Origin: an uncultured Acidobacteriota bacterium
GTDB lineage: Bacteria > Acidobacteriota > Vicinamibacteria > Fen-336
Direction: 5' to 3'
NCBI GenBank assembly: GCA_963720545.1
Contig: OY970399.1
Location: 352,001-416,000 of the forward strand
DNA length: 64,000 bases
Below the pieces are notes generated by a model. It was not told the DNA's origin. It saw only the letters and a program-made list of their open reading frames with translations, and did not search any database. Positions 1 to 11,412 of this stretch are shown one piece after another (position 1 is the first letter of the stretch; the number at the start of each line of letters is the position of its first letter). Position numbers and translations under genes: made by a program.

Positions 1-2477
1 CGGTTGGCGAGACCGCAAAGCTCGTGTACCAGTTCGACCTCACGCCGCCTGCGAACAGCACTTTCTTCGTGACCAACATCCCGGCGGCGCCGGCGTCCGG
101 CAGCTACAACCTCGGCGCGCTGGCGCCGACTTCCACCACCTGGGCCCACTATTCCCCCGCTTACAACTTCACGGGCTTCGCCGGTGAGACGCTCGGCCCG
201 CTCTGCGACCTGCGCCTGACCGTCGCAGTTCCGACGCGCGCCGCGATTCGCGGCGTGAACTTTTCGGGCGGCACATTGCGGTTTGCCACCACGCGCCAGA
301 AGAACACCAGCGGCTTCAACGTCTACGCGGTCACGAGCCCCGCCGACCGCAGCCTGAGCCAGCGCCTCAACCGCGAACCGCTGCGCTCCCGGCAGCCCGA
401 CAGCATGACGCCCGAAGCCTACGAAATGAGCGTGGCCTCGCGGCCTGCGTACATCCTCTTCGAGGAGCTGGAGACGGATGGCGCACGCCGGCTGATCGGT
501 CCGTTCGCCACGGTTACGTCACGCGGCGCGCAGGACTTCTTCGCGGCGCAGCGCACGGCCAGCGACGCGGACGAGCGACGGCTGTCCGCGCGTCCCGGCA
601 TCGAGCGGGAGCGCGTGCGCGAACGCTCGGCGACCCGGCTGGTACGCGCGCCGGCCGCGGCGGTCGCCGCCGGAAAGCAGCCCTACAGGATCGAAGTCTC
701 AGGCGCCGGCCGCGTAACCATTCCCGCGTCCGCTTTTTCCGGCAATCCCAAGATTGCGCAGTGGCGGCTGACCCGGTTCGGCTCGGACGTGCCTTTCCAG
801 GTGGTCGGACCCGCGGGGGCGAAATCGCTCGTCTTCGACTCGCCCGGCATTGCGACGGCCTATGCCGAGGCGATGACCTACGTGCTTTCGAACCGCACCG
901 TGGAACCGCGCTCGAGCGTCGCCGGCACTTATTGGGAGGCCGCGCCGGCGCCCGGTGCCACGCGTGTCGAGAAGCCGTCACTTCTGGTGCCCGGGGCGCC
1001 GCAGGGTTCGACGCCGTGGATCTGGGACTTCGTGCAATCCGATCCCGGCGAGTGGCCGAACGACTTCACCGCTCCCGGCGCCAACGCGTTCGACCTTCCC
1101 ACGCTCGCGGCGAATCCGGCCGGTCCGGTGGCGGTCTCGATCCGGCTCGGCGGCGGTAGCGCGCACACTCACGACGTGACGGCCGCGATCAACGGCCACA
1201 CCGTCGGTTCGCTGAGCTTCACCGGGAAAACCGCCGCGGTGCTCCACGGAACGATCAACGCATCCTTGCTGCACCGCACCGGCAACACGTTGTCGCTCAC
1301 TTACGCGGCGGAAGGCGACCAGTCGTTCATCGGCGCCATATACCTCGGTTCGGTGGATCTCGCGATTCCGGTGGCGGCCGGACCGTCGGTCACGCCTTCG
1401 CTCATCGCCCCGCTGGCGCCGGCGAAGCTGCCGCCGGGCCGAACCAGCTACCTGATCGTCACCCACCCGTCGCTGCTGGCCGCGGCGAACCAGCTCGCCG
1501 CGGTGAAGACGCTCGACGGACAGCGCCCGTTCGTGGTGACCACCGACGCCATCTACGACGGCTGGAGCGACGGCACCGCCGAGGCGCGCGCGATCGCTGC
1601 CTACATCAAGGCGGCTGCAGCAGCCCCGGCGCTGAAGTTCGTGGTGCTCGTGGGCGACGACACATTCGACCTCCACGACATCTCCGGAACGTCGCCGCAA
1701 AACGTCGTGCCATCGCTCTATGCGTGGGACGAAGAGTTCGGCCGGGTGCCGTCGGAGAACGCCTACGCGGACGTTGATGGCGACAACGCTCCCGATCTCG
1801 CTATCGGCCGCCTGCCGGCGGACGATCCGGATGAGGCCGCCGCGATGGTCGCGAAGATCGCACGCGAAGCGTCGGCGCTCACCGGCAACCGCCACGTGAT
1901 TGCGGCCGACAACCAGGGCGCCGGCGAACCCGACTTCGCCGCCGGCGCGGCACTGGCGGCCGGCTTCTTCCCGGGCAGCGCGCAGGTCGTCACTGTCCGC
2001 CTCGGCGACGGCCTCGAACAGGCGCGCACCGCGCTCCTTTCCGGCCTGCGCCAGGGCGGCGCCACCGTCAGCTACTTCGGCCACGGCGGTTTCGACCTGT
2101 GGGCAGACGAGGGCCTGCTGACCCAGAATGACGTCGCCTCCCTCGAAGGCGCCCCGGGCGAGTCGGTGGTGTTCGCATGGGCCTGCGAATCGCAGTGGTA
2201 CCAGTCGCCGTTCGGTCCATCGCTCGGCGAGTCGCTCTTCGGCGTGCGCCAGGGCGGCGCCGTCGCCGCCTTCGGCCCCGCCGGCATCACCGCATGGCAG
2301 CTGCAGCCGCAGCTGTCGAACCGCGTTTACCAGAACGCCTTCAAGAAGAACGTCGCCCTCGGCGAAGCCATCCGGGCCGCCAAGGCCGACGCCGTCCGCC
2401 TGAACCTTCCGGGCGCGGCGCAGCTCGCCGCCGGATGGAACCTTCTCGGCGACCCGAGCCTGAAGCTCAGGCGGTAG
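1..2477 (+). CDS. Large secreted protein with C-terminal peptidase C25 (gingipain/PorU-like) domain, probably 5'-truncated by the window edge
   Basis: C25 motifs YLIVTHP, VVLVGD, DLAIGRLP, YFGHG (catalytic His), WAC (catalytic Cys), WNLLGDP; frame appears open from the window start. Confidence 0.8.
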   Translation, partial: VGETAKLVYQFDLTPPANSTFFVTNIPAAPASGSYNLGALAPTSTTWAHYSPAYNFTGFAGETLGPLCDLRLTVAVPTRAAIRGVNFSGGTLRFATTRQKNTSGFNVYAVTSPADRSLSQRLNREPLRSRQPDSMTPEAYEMSVASRPAYILFEELETDGARRLIGPFATVTSRGAQDFFAAQRTASDADERRLSARPGIERERVRERSATRLVRAPAAAVAAGKQPYRIEVSGAGRVTIPASAFSGNPKIAQWRLTRFGSDVPFQVVGPAGAKSLVFDSPGIATAYAEAMTYVLSNRTVEPRSSVAGTYWEAAPAPGATRVEKPSLLVPGAPQGSTPWIWDFVQSDPGEWPNDFTAPGANAFDLPTLAANPAGPVAVSIRLGGGSAHTHDVTAAINGHTVGSLSFTGKTAAVLHGTINASLLHRTGNTLSLTYAAEGDQSFIGAIYLGSVDLAIPVAAGPSVTPSLIAPLAPAKLPPGRTSYLIVTHPSLLAAANQLAAVKTLDGQRPFVVTTDAIYDGWSDGTAEARAIAAYIKAAAAAPALKFVVLVGDDTFDLHDISGTSPQNVVPSLYAWDEEFGRVPSENAYADVDGDNAPDLAIGRLPADDPDEAAAMVAKIAREASALTGNRHVIAADNQGAGEPDFAAGAALAAGFFPGSAQVVTVRLGDGLEQARTALLSGLRQGGATVSYFGHGGFDLWADEGLLTQNDVASLEGAPGESVVFAWACESQWYQSPFGPSLGESLFGVRQGGAVAAFGPAGITAWQLQPQLSNRVYQNAFKKNVALGEAIRAAKADAVRLNLPGAAQLAAGWNLLGDPSLKLRR

Positions 2478-2479
2478 GT

Positions 2480-3625
2480 CTAGACGGCCTTCTTCAGCGC
2501 GTCGGCCTGGTGGGTGCGCTCCCAGGTGAACTCGGGCTCGTTGCGGCCGAAGTGGCCGTACGCGGCGGTCTTCTTGTAGATCGGACGGCGCAGGTCGAGG
2601 TACTCGATGATGCCCTTGGGCGTCAGCGGGAAGATGTCGCGGATCGCCTTCTCGAGCTTCGACTCCTCCACCTTGCCGGTGCCGAGCGTGTTTGCCATGA
2701 CCGAGACCGGTTCGGCGACGCCGATCGCATAGGCCACCTGGATCTCGACCTTGTCGGCGAGGCCGGCGGCGACCACGTTCTTGGCGACGTGGCGGGCCAT
2801 GTAGGCGGCCGAGCGGTCCACCTTCGTCGGGTCCTTGCCCGAGAACGCGCCACCGCCGTGGCGGCCGACGCCGCCGTAGGTGTCGACGATGATCTTGCGG
2901 CCGGTGAGGCCGCAGTCGCCGTGCGGGCCGCCCACCACGAAGTTGCCGGTCGGGTTGATGTGGTACTTGGTGTTCGCGTCCAGCATGCCCGCCGGAATCA
3001 CCGGGCGGATCACCTTCTCCATGACGTCGGCGCGGATCGCTTCCTGCTTGACGCGGTCGGAGTGCTGGGTCGAGACCACGACGGCCTCGACGCGAATCGG
3101 CTTGTCGCCCTCGAACTCGATCGTCACCTGGCTCTTGCCGTCGGGCCGCAGGTAGTCGAGCGTGCCGTCCTTGCGCACCTTGGCGAGCTGGCGCGTGAGC
3201 TTGTGCGCGAGGCTGATGCTGAGCGGCATCAGCTCCTCGGTGTCGTTGCAGGCGTAGCCGAACATCAGGCCCTGGTCGCCGGCGCCGTCGCGATCGACGC
3301 CCATCGAGATGTCGGGCGACTGCTCGTGGATCGTCGAGACCACCGCGCAGGTTTCGTAGTCGAAGCCGAACTTGGCGCGCGTGTAGCCAACGCCCTTGAT
3401 CGTCTCGCGGACGATACCGGGCAGGTCGACGTACGCCTTGGTGGTGATCTCGCCGGCGATCACGGCGAGGCCGGTGGTGACGAGCGTCTCGCACGCCACG
3501 CGGCTGCCAGGATCGAGGGCAAGGAGCGCGTCGAGGACGGCGTCGGAAATCTGGTCGGCGATCTTGTCGGGATGACCCTCGGTCACCGACTCCGACGTGA
3601 AAAGGTGCCTGCTGTTCTTGCCCAT
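2480..3625 (-). CDS. metK: S-adenosylmethionine synthetase
   Basis: [43 protein letters not shown] upstream. Confidence 0.98.
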   Translation of the reverse strand: MGKNSRHLFTSESVTEGHPDKIADQISDAVLDALLALDPGSRVACETLVTTGLAVIAGEITTKAYVDLPGIVRETIKGVGYTRAKFGFDYETCAVVSTIHEQSPDISMGVDRDGAGDQGLMFGYACNDTEELMPLSISLAHKLTRQLAKVRKDGTLDYLRPDGKSQVTIEFEGDKPIRVEAVVVSTQHSDRVKQEAIRADVMEKVIRPVIPAGMLDANTKYHINPTGNFVVGGPHGDCGLTGRKIIVDTYGGVGRHGGGAFSGKDPTKVDRSAAYMARHVAKNVVAAGLADKVEIQVAYAIGVAEPVSVMANTLGTGKVEESKLEKAIRDIFPLTPKGIIEYLDLRRPIYKKTAAYGHFGRNEPEFTWERTHQADALKKAV

Positions 3626-3714
3626 CGGTACGGCAATCCTCCAGTGAATCAGCTAGTTACGGCCAGGACTGCGAATGGCTGCGGCGCTTCGCCTGGCTTC
3701 TCTGGGAAGCCGCA

Positions 3715-3723
3715 AGGCTACCA
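3715..3723 (-). promoter_or_regulatory. Putative extended -10 promoter element for metK (TGG-TAGCCT)
   Basis: TGnTAnnnT in the xerD-metK gap; TGCTAGCCT also occurs upstream of the starts at 12273 and 56096. Confidence 0.4.
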
Positions 3724-3756
3724 CGGGGCCCTTGCCCGCCGTTTGCAGCATGGCGC

Positions 3757-4695
3757 TCACGCCCGCGGGTGGAACTGGTCGTAGACCTTGCGCAGGCGCT
3801 CGCGCGAGACGTGCGTGTAGATCTGCGTCGTCGAGATGTCGGCGTGACCCAGCATCGCCTGCAGCGCCCGCAGGTCCGCGCCGTTTTCGAGGAGATGAGT
3901 GGCGAACGAATGGCGCAGCACGTGCGGCGTGAGCACGTGCGCGACACCCGCGGCGAGCGCGTGCTTGCGGACGATGCCCCAGATGCCCATGCGCGTCAGC
4001 CGCCGCCCGTGCTGGTTCACGAACAGCGCGTCGTCGGTGCGGTCGGCGCGGTCCACGCGGTCCGCGTTTTTCGGGGCGAGCTGCGGCCGCGACTCTGCCA
4101 GGTAGCGTTGCACCCATGACCGCGCCTCCTCGCCCACGGGCACGAGGCGCTCCTTGCGGCCCTTGCCGAACGCCTTGATGATGCCGAGCTCCAGGTCGAG
4201 GTCGCGGATGCGCAGTCCCACGAGTTCCGAGACGCGCACGCCGGTGGCGTAGAAGGTCTCGAGCATGGCGCGGTCGCGCATGCCGAGCGGTGTCGCGACG
4301 TCGGGCGCCGCCAGCAGTGCCTCCACCTGCGCGCCGCTCAGGTAGCGCGGCAGGGCCTTGAAGGCCTTGGGCGCACCGAGGTTTTCCATCGGGTCCGCCT
4401 CGAGCAGCCCTTCGCGCACGCAGAAGCGGTAGAACCCGCGCACCGCGTGCACCGCGCGCGCGATCGAGCGCGGCTGCAGGCCCGCGGCACGCTGCGCTTC
4501 GATGAAGCGCGACAGGTCCTTCTGCCGCAGCCGCAGCAAGGCGCGGTCGTCGCCGGCGAACGCTTCGAGCTTCGCGAGGTCGGAGCCGTAGGCGGCGAGG
4601 GTGTTCGCCGCCAGGCTGCGCTCGACCCGCAGGTGGTCGAGCCAGGCGCGGATCCGCTGCGCGTTTTCGCCGCTGCTAGAGGCCGAGCGCGGCAC
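3757..4695 (-). CDS. xerD: Site-specific tyrosine recombinase XerD
   Basis: LAANTLAAY, YATGVRVSEL, GKGRKER, HVLRHSFATHLL, LGHADISTTQIYTHV. Confidence 0.92.
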   Translation of the reverse strand: MPRSASSSGENAQRIRAWLDHLRVERSLAANTLAAYGSDLAKLEAFAGDDRALLRLRQKDLSRFIEAQRAAGLQPRSIARAVHAVRGFYRFCVREGLLEADPMENLGAPKAFKALPRYLSGAQVEALLAAPDVATPLGMRDRAMLETFYATGVRVSELVGLRIRDLDLELGIIKAFGKGRKERLVPVGEEARSWVQRYLAESRPQLAPKNADRVDRADRTDDALFVNQHGRRLTRMGIWGIVRKHALAAGVAHVLTPHVLRHSFATHLLENGADLRALQAMLGHADISTTQIYTHVSRERLRKVYDQFHPRA

Positions 4696-5443
4696 CGAAA
4701 TAGAAGCCGTCGGGCTTGAAGAGGCCGTAGTTCGACTTCTCGTCCACCCGGATGCGCAGCCGCCGATAGCCGGCCTCCGCCGCCAGGGCGCGGCCCAGGT
4801 AGGCCCGGGCGCGGATGTCGAACTCGTACAGGCTGCCGCGCTTGCCGATGCTGAGCCCGGAGAATTCGCCGGAAAAACCGACGGGCCCCGCGTGGATGCG
4901 CGCCACCGCGCCGACGATCGGAATCGGCGCCTTGAGGCTCGCGAGGGCGCGCTGGCCGATGTCTGGCGACTCGACGAGCGCGTCGAAGTCGGCGTACTTC
5001 ACGCCCGCGATGCCGTCGAACTCGAAGCCTTCGCTGCGGATGATGCCGAAGCGCAGGTCGCCGGAAATGTAGTGGCCGTCGAGCGAACTGACGGCGCGCG
5101 TGTTCACCGAGTAGGTGCGGCCGTCGAACACGATGGTGCGGTTCAGCTGCACGTCGCCCGCGTATTCAAGGGAGGTGTAGGAGAACTGCAGGCGGCTGCG
5201 TTCGGCGAGGCGCAGCGAGAGGCCGTAGCGGAAGGTGTTGTTGTCGGTGACGCCGAGGTCGTCCTTGAGGTTCAGCAGCGTCCCGATCTGGCCGATGCGC
5301 ACCTCGGCGGCAAGTTCGGGCCGCCAGTAGTCGGCTTGCAGCTGCAGCTTCGTTTCTTCGAACGGGGCGCGCAGGTTCTGGGCGTTTGCGGCAGGCGCAG
5401 CAAGGGCGGCGCACAAGGCCGCCGCGGCTGGGAAAAAGCGCAT
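4676..5443 (-). CDS. Putative outer-membrane beta-barrel protein
   Basis: Signal peptide MRFFPAAAALCAALAAPAANA, alternating amphipathic strands, ends GFYFGAALGL; GGAGG RBS. Confidence 0.65.
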   Translation of the reverse strand: MRFFPAAAALCAALAAPAANAQNLRAPFEETKLQLQADYWRPELAAEVRIGQIGTLLNLKDDLGVTDNNTFRYGLSLRLAERSRLQFSYTSLEYAGDVQLNRTIVFDGRTYSVNTRAVSSLDGHYISGDLRFGIIRSEGFEFDGIAGVKYADFDALVESPDIGQRALASLKAPIPIVGAVARIHAGPVGFSGEFSGLSIGKRGSLYEFDIRARAYLGRALAAEAGYRRLRIRVDEKSNYGLFKPDGFYFGAALGL

Positions 5444-5463
5444 CTTTGTTGATCCTCCGAAAG

Positions 5464-7074
<1,611 letters not shown>

Positions 7075-7122
7075 GTGCCGTTAAAATTCGCTTTTACACG
7101 TACTTACGGGAGGTCTAACGTC

Positions 7123-7395
7123 TTGGCTCATCACGCATCGGCGCTCAAAGCCATGAGGCAGAGCGTCAAGCGGCGCGCTCGCAACCGCCAGAACATGTCG
7201 CGCCTGCGCACCCAGATCAAGAAATTCCGCGCCCTCGTCGCCAAGGGCGACGCCAGGGCGACGGCCACCCTCCTCCCCGAGACCGACTCCGAGATCGACA
7301 AGGCAGCGAAGAAGGGCACCATTCATTTCCGCGCCGCCTCGCGCTACAAGAGCCGGCTGGCGAAGCGGCTCAACGCCGCGACCCGGAAGGCGTAG
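7123..7395 (+). CDS. rpsT: 30S ribosomal protein S20
   Basis: (M)AHHASALKAMRQSVKRRARN...IDKAAKKGTIH..AASRYKSRL; TTG start after GGAGG. Confidence 0.93.
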   Translation: MAHHASALKAMRQSVKRRARNRQNMSRLRTQIKKFRALVAKGDARATATLLPETDSEIDKAAKKGTIHFRAASRYKSRLAKRLNAATRKA

Positions 7396-8362
7396 CTCCC
7401 TCACTCCGCCGCGAGCACGCAACGATCGCCGCCGTCAGCGCGGTCCGCGCGTCGACGCCGGTCTTGATCCGCCGGTCGCATTCCATCAGCGCCGCCACCG
7501 CTTCCTTCACGTCCCTGTCGCTCCAGGTGCGTGCGGCGCGCCGCACGTCCTCCGCCTTGAAGGCGGGCACCTGCAGCCGTGCCTGGAACTCGGAGGGCGG
7601 CGCGTTGCCGAGTGCACGGGCGCCGCGCACCTGGCGCACGGTGCGAAACAGCGCCGCCACCACCACCGGTGCCGGCTCGCCTTCGTCGAGGATCTCCTCG
7701 AGATAGGCGACCGCGACCGCGGGGTGGCGCGCCATGAAGGCGTCGGCCAGCCGATAGAGCGGCTGCGCAATGCCCTTCCCCATCACCGCGGCGACGTCAT
7801 CGAGCGTCAGCCGCCGCCGCGGCGCCGCGAATGCCGTCAGTTTCTCCAGCTCGCCGATGAGGCGCCGCAGGTCGGCGCCGACGCGCTCCAGCAGGCTCGC
7901 GAGCCCTTCCTCGTCGATCGCAAGGTCGCGCGCGCGCAGCTCGGCGAGCACTCGCGTGCGCAGCGCCCGGCCGCGCAGCGGCTCGACGCTCAGCACCTTC
8001 GCCTTCGCCTCCTTCGCCGCCGACTCCACCCTGCGCCAGAGCCGCTTGCGCTTGTCCGGCTTCGACGCGAGCAGCACCAGCGTGATGCCGTCCGCGGGGT
8101 TCTCGAGGATCGCGTCGATCAGCTCCTCGTCGCCGCGCAGGCGATCGGCGTCGCGCACCACCACCGCGAGCCGCGGGCTGAAGAGCGACGGGCTGCGGGC
8201 GGCGTCGGCCACCTGGATCCAGCTGCTCTCGTCGCCGCGCAGCACGCTCGTGGCGTCCTGGCGGTTGGCGGCGCCCAGGGCATCGGCGAGCACGGCTTCG
8301 AGCGCTGCTTCCGCCGAGTGCGAATCGCCGCCGAGGATGGCGACGACGCCGGCGGCCCTCAG
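7370..8362 (-). CDS. holA: DNA polymerase III delta subunit
   Basis: SPSLFSPRLAVVVRDAD, DLRRLIGELEKL, DRRIKTG; leuS-lptE-holA synteny; start uncertain (CTG at 8362 proposed). Confidence 0.88.
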   Translation of the reverse strand: MRAAGVVAILGGDSHSAEAALEAVLADALGAANRQDATSVLRGDESSWIQVADAARSPSLFSPRLAVVVRDADRLRGDEELIDAILENPADGITLVLLASKPDKRKRLWRRVESAAKEAKAKVLSVEPLRGRALRTRVLAELRARDLAIDEEGLASLLERVGADLRRLIGELEKLTAFAAPRRRLTLDDVAAVMGKGIAQPLYRLADAFMARHPAVAVAYLEEILDEGEPAPVVVAALFRTVRQVRGARALGNAPPSEFQARLQVPAFKAEDVRRAARTWSDRDVKEAVAALMECDRRIKTGVDARTALTAAIVACSRRSEGATPSGSRR

Positions 8363-8910
8363 AACGCCTCCAGCATCTCGGCGACCAGCTTGCGGGCGAA
8401 TGCCTGCACGAGGCGGTCGAGCGCCTGGTCTTCGCGGTCGACGAACGTGCCGGGGTCTTCGCCGACGTCGTAGTCGTCCTTCTCCGAGAAGCTGTCGTTC
8501 TGCCACATCGGCTCGCTGACGCCCGTCTTGCTGTAGGTGGCGCGCGCGCTCAGCACGATGCTGTAGCGGGTAGAACCGGTGGTCTGGTCGCCGATGTTGC
8601 CAAAGCCCACCGGCACCACCGAGTAGTTGGTGAGCTCGGCGTCGAGCAGCGCGTCGACCTCGGTCGACTGCGTCACCACTTCCCAGTTGCCGCGCTTCAG
8701 CAGCTCCTCGACCACCGCCTGGCTCACTTTCTGCGCGAGCCCCGGCCTGCCGGTCAGGTCGCGAAACTGCGGCACGCCGATCTTGCGGATCGACTTGTCC
8801 ACGGTGACACCCTTGCCGACGAGCGCGTAGCCGCAGCCGCCCAACGCCTGTGCCAGTGCGCAGGCGACGAGCAGGGCGGTGCCCCACGGGGCATCGCGCC
8901 AAAGCTTCAT
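8359..8910 (-). CDS. lptE: LPS assembly lipoprotein LptE-like
   Basis: Lipobox LGG-CGY; located between leuS and holA. Confidence 0.8.
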   Translation of the reverse strand: MKLWRDAPWGTALLVACALAQALGGCGYALVGKGVTVDKSIRKIGVPQFRDLTGRPGLAQKVSQAVVEELLKRGNWEVVTQSTEVDALLDAELTNYSVVPVGFGNIGDQTTGSTRYSIVLSARATYSKTGVSEPMWQNDSFSEKDDYDVGEDPGTFVDREDQALDRLVQAFARKLVAEMLEAF

Positions 8911-11408
8911 TGCAGCACCACGTTCACGAGCCGGCCCGGAATGACGATCACCTTTTTCACCGCCCTGCCTTCCATGTTCTCCCGAACCCGCGGTTCGGCG
9001 AGAGCCTGGGTGCGAACCGCCTCTTCGGAAGCGCCCACCGGCACGGTGATGCGGCCGCGCAGCCTGCCGTTCACCTGCACCGCGATCTCCGCCTCGTCCT
9101 CGCGGGCCGCTTCCTCGTCGGCGACCGGCCACGGCGCGGTGAGGATCGAGCCCTTGCCGGGGCTGAGGCGCTCCCAAAGCTGTTCGCAGATGTGTGGCGT
9201 GAACGGGCTGAGGAGCAGGACCAGCGCCTCCAGCGCCTCGCGCACGACTGGTGCCGCGTGCTCGTCGTCGCGAAGCGCACTGCCTCCTGGGCTATGCACG
9301 CCCAGGGCGGCTTCGATCTCGTTCAGCAACTCCATCAGGGCGGCGACCGCGGTGTTGAGGCGGATGCGTTCGTCGATGTCGTTCGTGACCTTGCGGATCG
9401 TCTGGTGCACGCGACGCCGCAGCTGCCGGGCCGCATCGCTGGTTACGCCGGCTGGCGCGGGCGTGGCCGCGAGCGCGCCGGCGTGGCGGTCGACGAGACG
9501 GTAGACGCGCTGCAGGAACCGGTGCGGCCCGGCGATGCCGCTCTCGCTCCACTCGAGCGACATCTCGGGCGGCGCCGCGAACAGGATGTAGAGGCGAAGC
9601 GTGTCGGCGCCGAACTTGGCGATGACGTCGTCGGGGGCGATGGTGTTGCCCTTCGACTTCGACATGATCTCGCCGTTGTTGTGCACCATGCCCTGCGGGA
9701 AGAGGCGCGTCACCGGCTCGTCGAGCACGACCAGGCCGAGGTCGCGCATCACCTTGGTCCAGAAGCGCGAATAGACGAGGTGCAGGATGGCGTGCTCGAT
9801 GCCGCCCACGTAGAGGTCGACGGGAAACCAGTAGTCGACGTCCTTGCGGTCGAAGGGTGCCTGCGTGTCGTGCGGCGTGAGGTAGCGGTAGAAGTACCAG
9901 GACGAGTCGACGAACGTGTCCATGGTGTCCGTCTCGCGGCGCGCGGGGCCGCCGCACTTCGGGCAGGTGGTGTTGACGAACTCCGTCACCTTCTCGAGGG
10001 GGTTGCCGCCTTCGCCGGTGAATGGTGCTTCCTTCGGCAGCACCACGGGAAGCTGCGAGTCGGGCACCCCCACCAGCCCGTCGTTCGGGCAGTAGACCAC
10101 GGGTATGGGGGTGCCCCAATAGCGCTGGCGGCTGATGAGCCAGTCCTTGAGGCGATAGCTGATCGCCTTCTTGCCGAAGCCCGAGGCTTCGGCGTAGAGG
10201 GTCATCCTGGCGGCCGCGTCAGCCGACGGAAGCCCTGAGAAGGAACCGCTGTCCGCGGTGTTCCCCGGGCCCTCGTAAGGCCCCGTGATCGTGTCGCCTT
10301 GCAGCGTCTCACCCTGCGGCTGGATCACCACCCGCACCGGCAGGCCGTACTTGCGGGCGAATTCGAAATCGCGCCCGTCGTGCGCCGGCACGGCCATCAG
10401 GGCGCCGGTGCCGTAGCCCATCAACACGAAATTGCCTACCCAGATCGGCACGCGTTCACGGTTGAACGGGTTGACCGCGTAGCGGCCGGTGAAAACACCT
10501 TCCTTTTCCACCTGTCCCGCCTGGCGCTGGCGCCGGTCCTGGCCGCGCAGGCGCAGCACGGCCTGGCGCGCCGGGTCAACGTCGCTGCCCGCACCCAGCA
10601 GCTCGTCGACGCGCGGATGCTCGGGTGCGAGCACCATGAAGGTGGCGCCATAAATGGTGTCGATGCGCGTGGTGAACACGCGCAGTGGCTCGTCGCTGCC
10701 TTCCACCGCGAAGTCGACCTCGGCGCCGTGCGAGCGGCCCACCCAGTTGCGCTGCTGCACCAGCACCCGCTCGGGCCATTCGGGCAGCGCCGCCATGTCG
10801 TCGAGCAGCGCGTCCTGGTATTGCGTGATGCGCAGGAACCACTGGTCGAGCTCGCGCTCCACCACGGCGCTGCCGCAGCGCCAGCACACCCCGCCTTCCG
10901 CCTGCTCGTTCGCGAGCACGGTCTTGTCCACCGGACACCAGTTGACCGCCGCCTTCTTGCGGTAGGCGATGCCGCGCTCCAGCATGCGCAGAAAGAACCA
11001 CTGGTTCCAGCGGTAGTACTCGGGGTCGCAGGTGGCGATCTCGCGGCTCCACGGGTAGCTGAAGCCGAGCCGCTTCAGCTGCCGGGTCATCGAGGCGATG
11101 TTGTCGCGGGTCCATTTCTCGGGGTGCACACCGCGCTTGATGGCGGCGTTTTCGGCGGGCAGGCCCAGCGCGTCCCAGCCGATCGGGTGCATGACGTTGA
11201 AGCCGTTCATGCGCTTGTAGCGCGCCACGACGTCGGTGATGCAGTAGTTGCGGACGTGGCCAACGTGGATGTCGCCCGACGGATAGGGCAGCATCTCCAG
11301 GCAGTAGAACTTCTTGCGCGACGGATCGCGTTCCACCTCGTATGCACCGCGGGCCGCCCACTCGCGCTGCCAGCGCTCCTCGATGCCGAGGAAGTCGTAG
11401 TCGCTCAT
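8907..11408 (-). CDS. leuS: Leucyl-tRNA synthetase
   Basis: MLPYPSGDIHVGH (HIGH), DWLISRQRYWG, GGIEHAILHL, IMSKSKGN (KMSKS). Confidence 0.98.
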   Translation of the reverse strand: MSDYDFLGIEERWQREWAARGAYEVERDPSRKKFYCLEMLPYPSGDIHVGHVRNYCITDVVARYKRMNGFNVMHPIGWDALGLPAENAAIKRGVHPEKWTRDNIASMTRQLKRLGFSYPWSREIATCDPEYYRWNQWFFLRMLERGIAYRKKAAVNWCPVDKTVLANEQAEGGVCWRCGSAVVERELDQWFLRITQYQDALLDDMAALPEWPERVLVQQRNWVGRSHGAEVDFAVEGSDEPLRVFTTRIDTIYGATFMVLAPEHPRVDELLGAGSDVDPARQAVLRLRGQDRRQRQAGQVEKEGVFTGRYAVNPFNRERVPIWVGNFVLMGYGTGALMAVPAHDGRDFEFARKYGLPVRVVIQPQGETLQGDTITGPYEGPGNTADSGSFSGLPSADAAARMTLYAEASGFGKKAISYRLKDWLISRQRYWGTPIPVVYCPNDGLVGVPDSQLPVVLPKEAPFTGEGGNPLEKVTEFVNTTCPKCGGPARRETDTMDTFVDSSWYFYRYLTPHDTQAPFDRKDVDYWFPVDLYVGGIEHAILHLVYSRFWTKVMRDLGLVVLDEPVTRLFPQGMVHNNGEIMSKSKGNTIAPDDVIAKFGADTLRLYILFAAPPEMSLEWSESGIAGPHRFLQRVYRLVDRHAGALAATPAPAGVTSDAARQLRRRVHQTIRKVTNDIDERIRLNTAVAALMELLNEIEAALGVHSPGGSALRDDEHAAPVVREALEALVLLLSPFTPHICEQLWERLSPGKGSILTAPWPVADEEAAREDEAEIAVQVNGRLRGRITVPVGASEEAVRTQALAEPRVRENMEGRAVKKVIVIPGRLVNVVLQ

Positions 11409-11412
11409 CGCT

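Noticed and set aside
3757..4695. Tyrosine recombinase as a mobile-element integrase
   Set aside because: Typical XerD length and motifs in a housekeeping context; no att sites or tRNA gene nearby.
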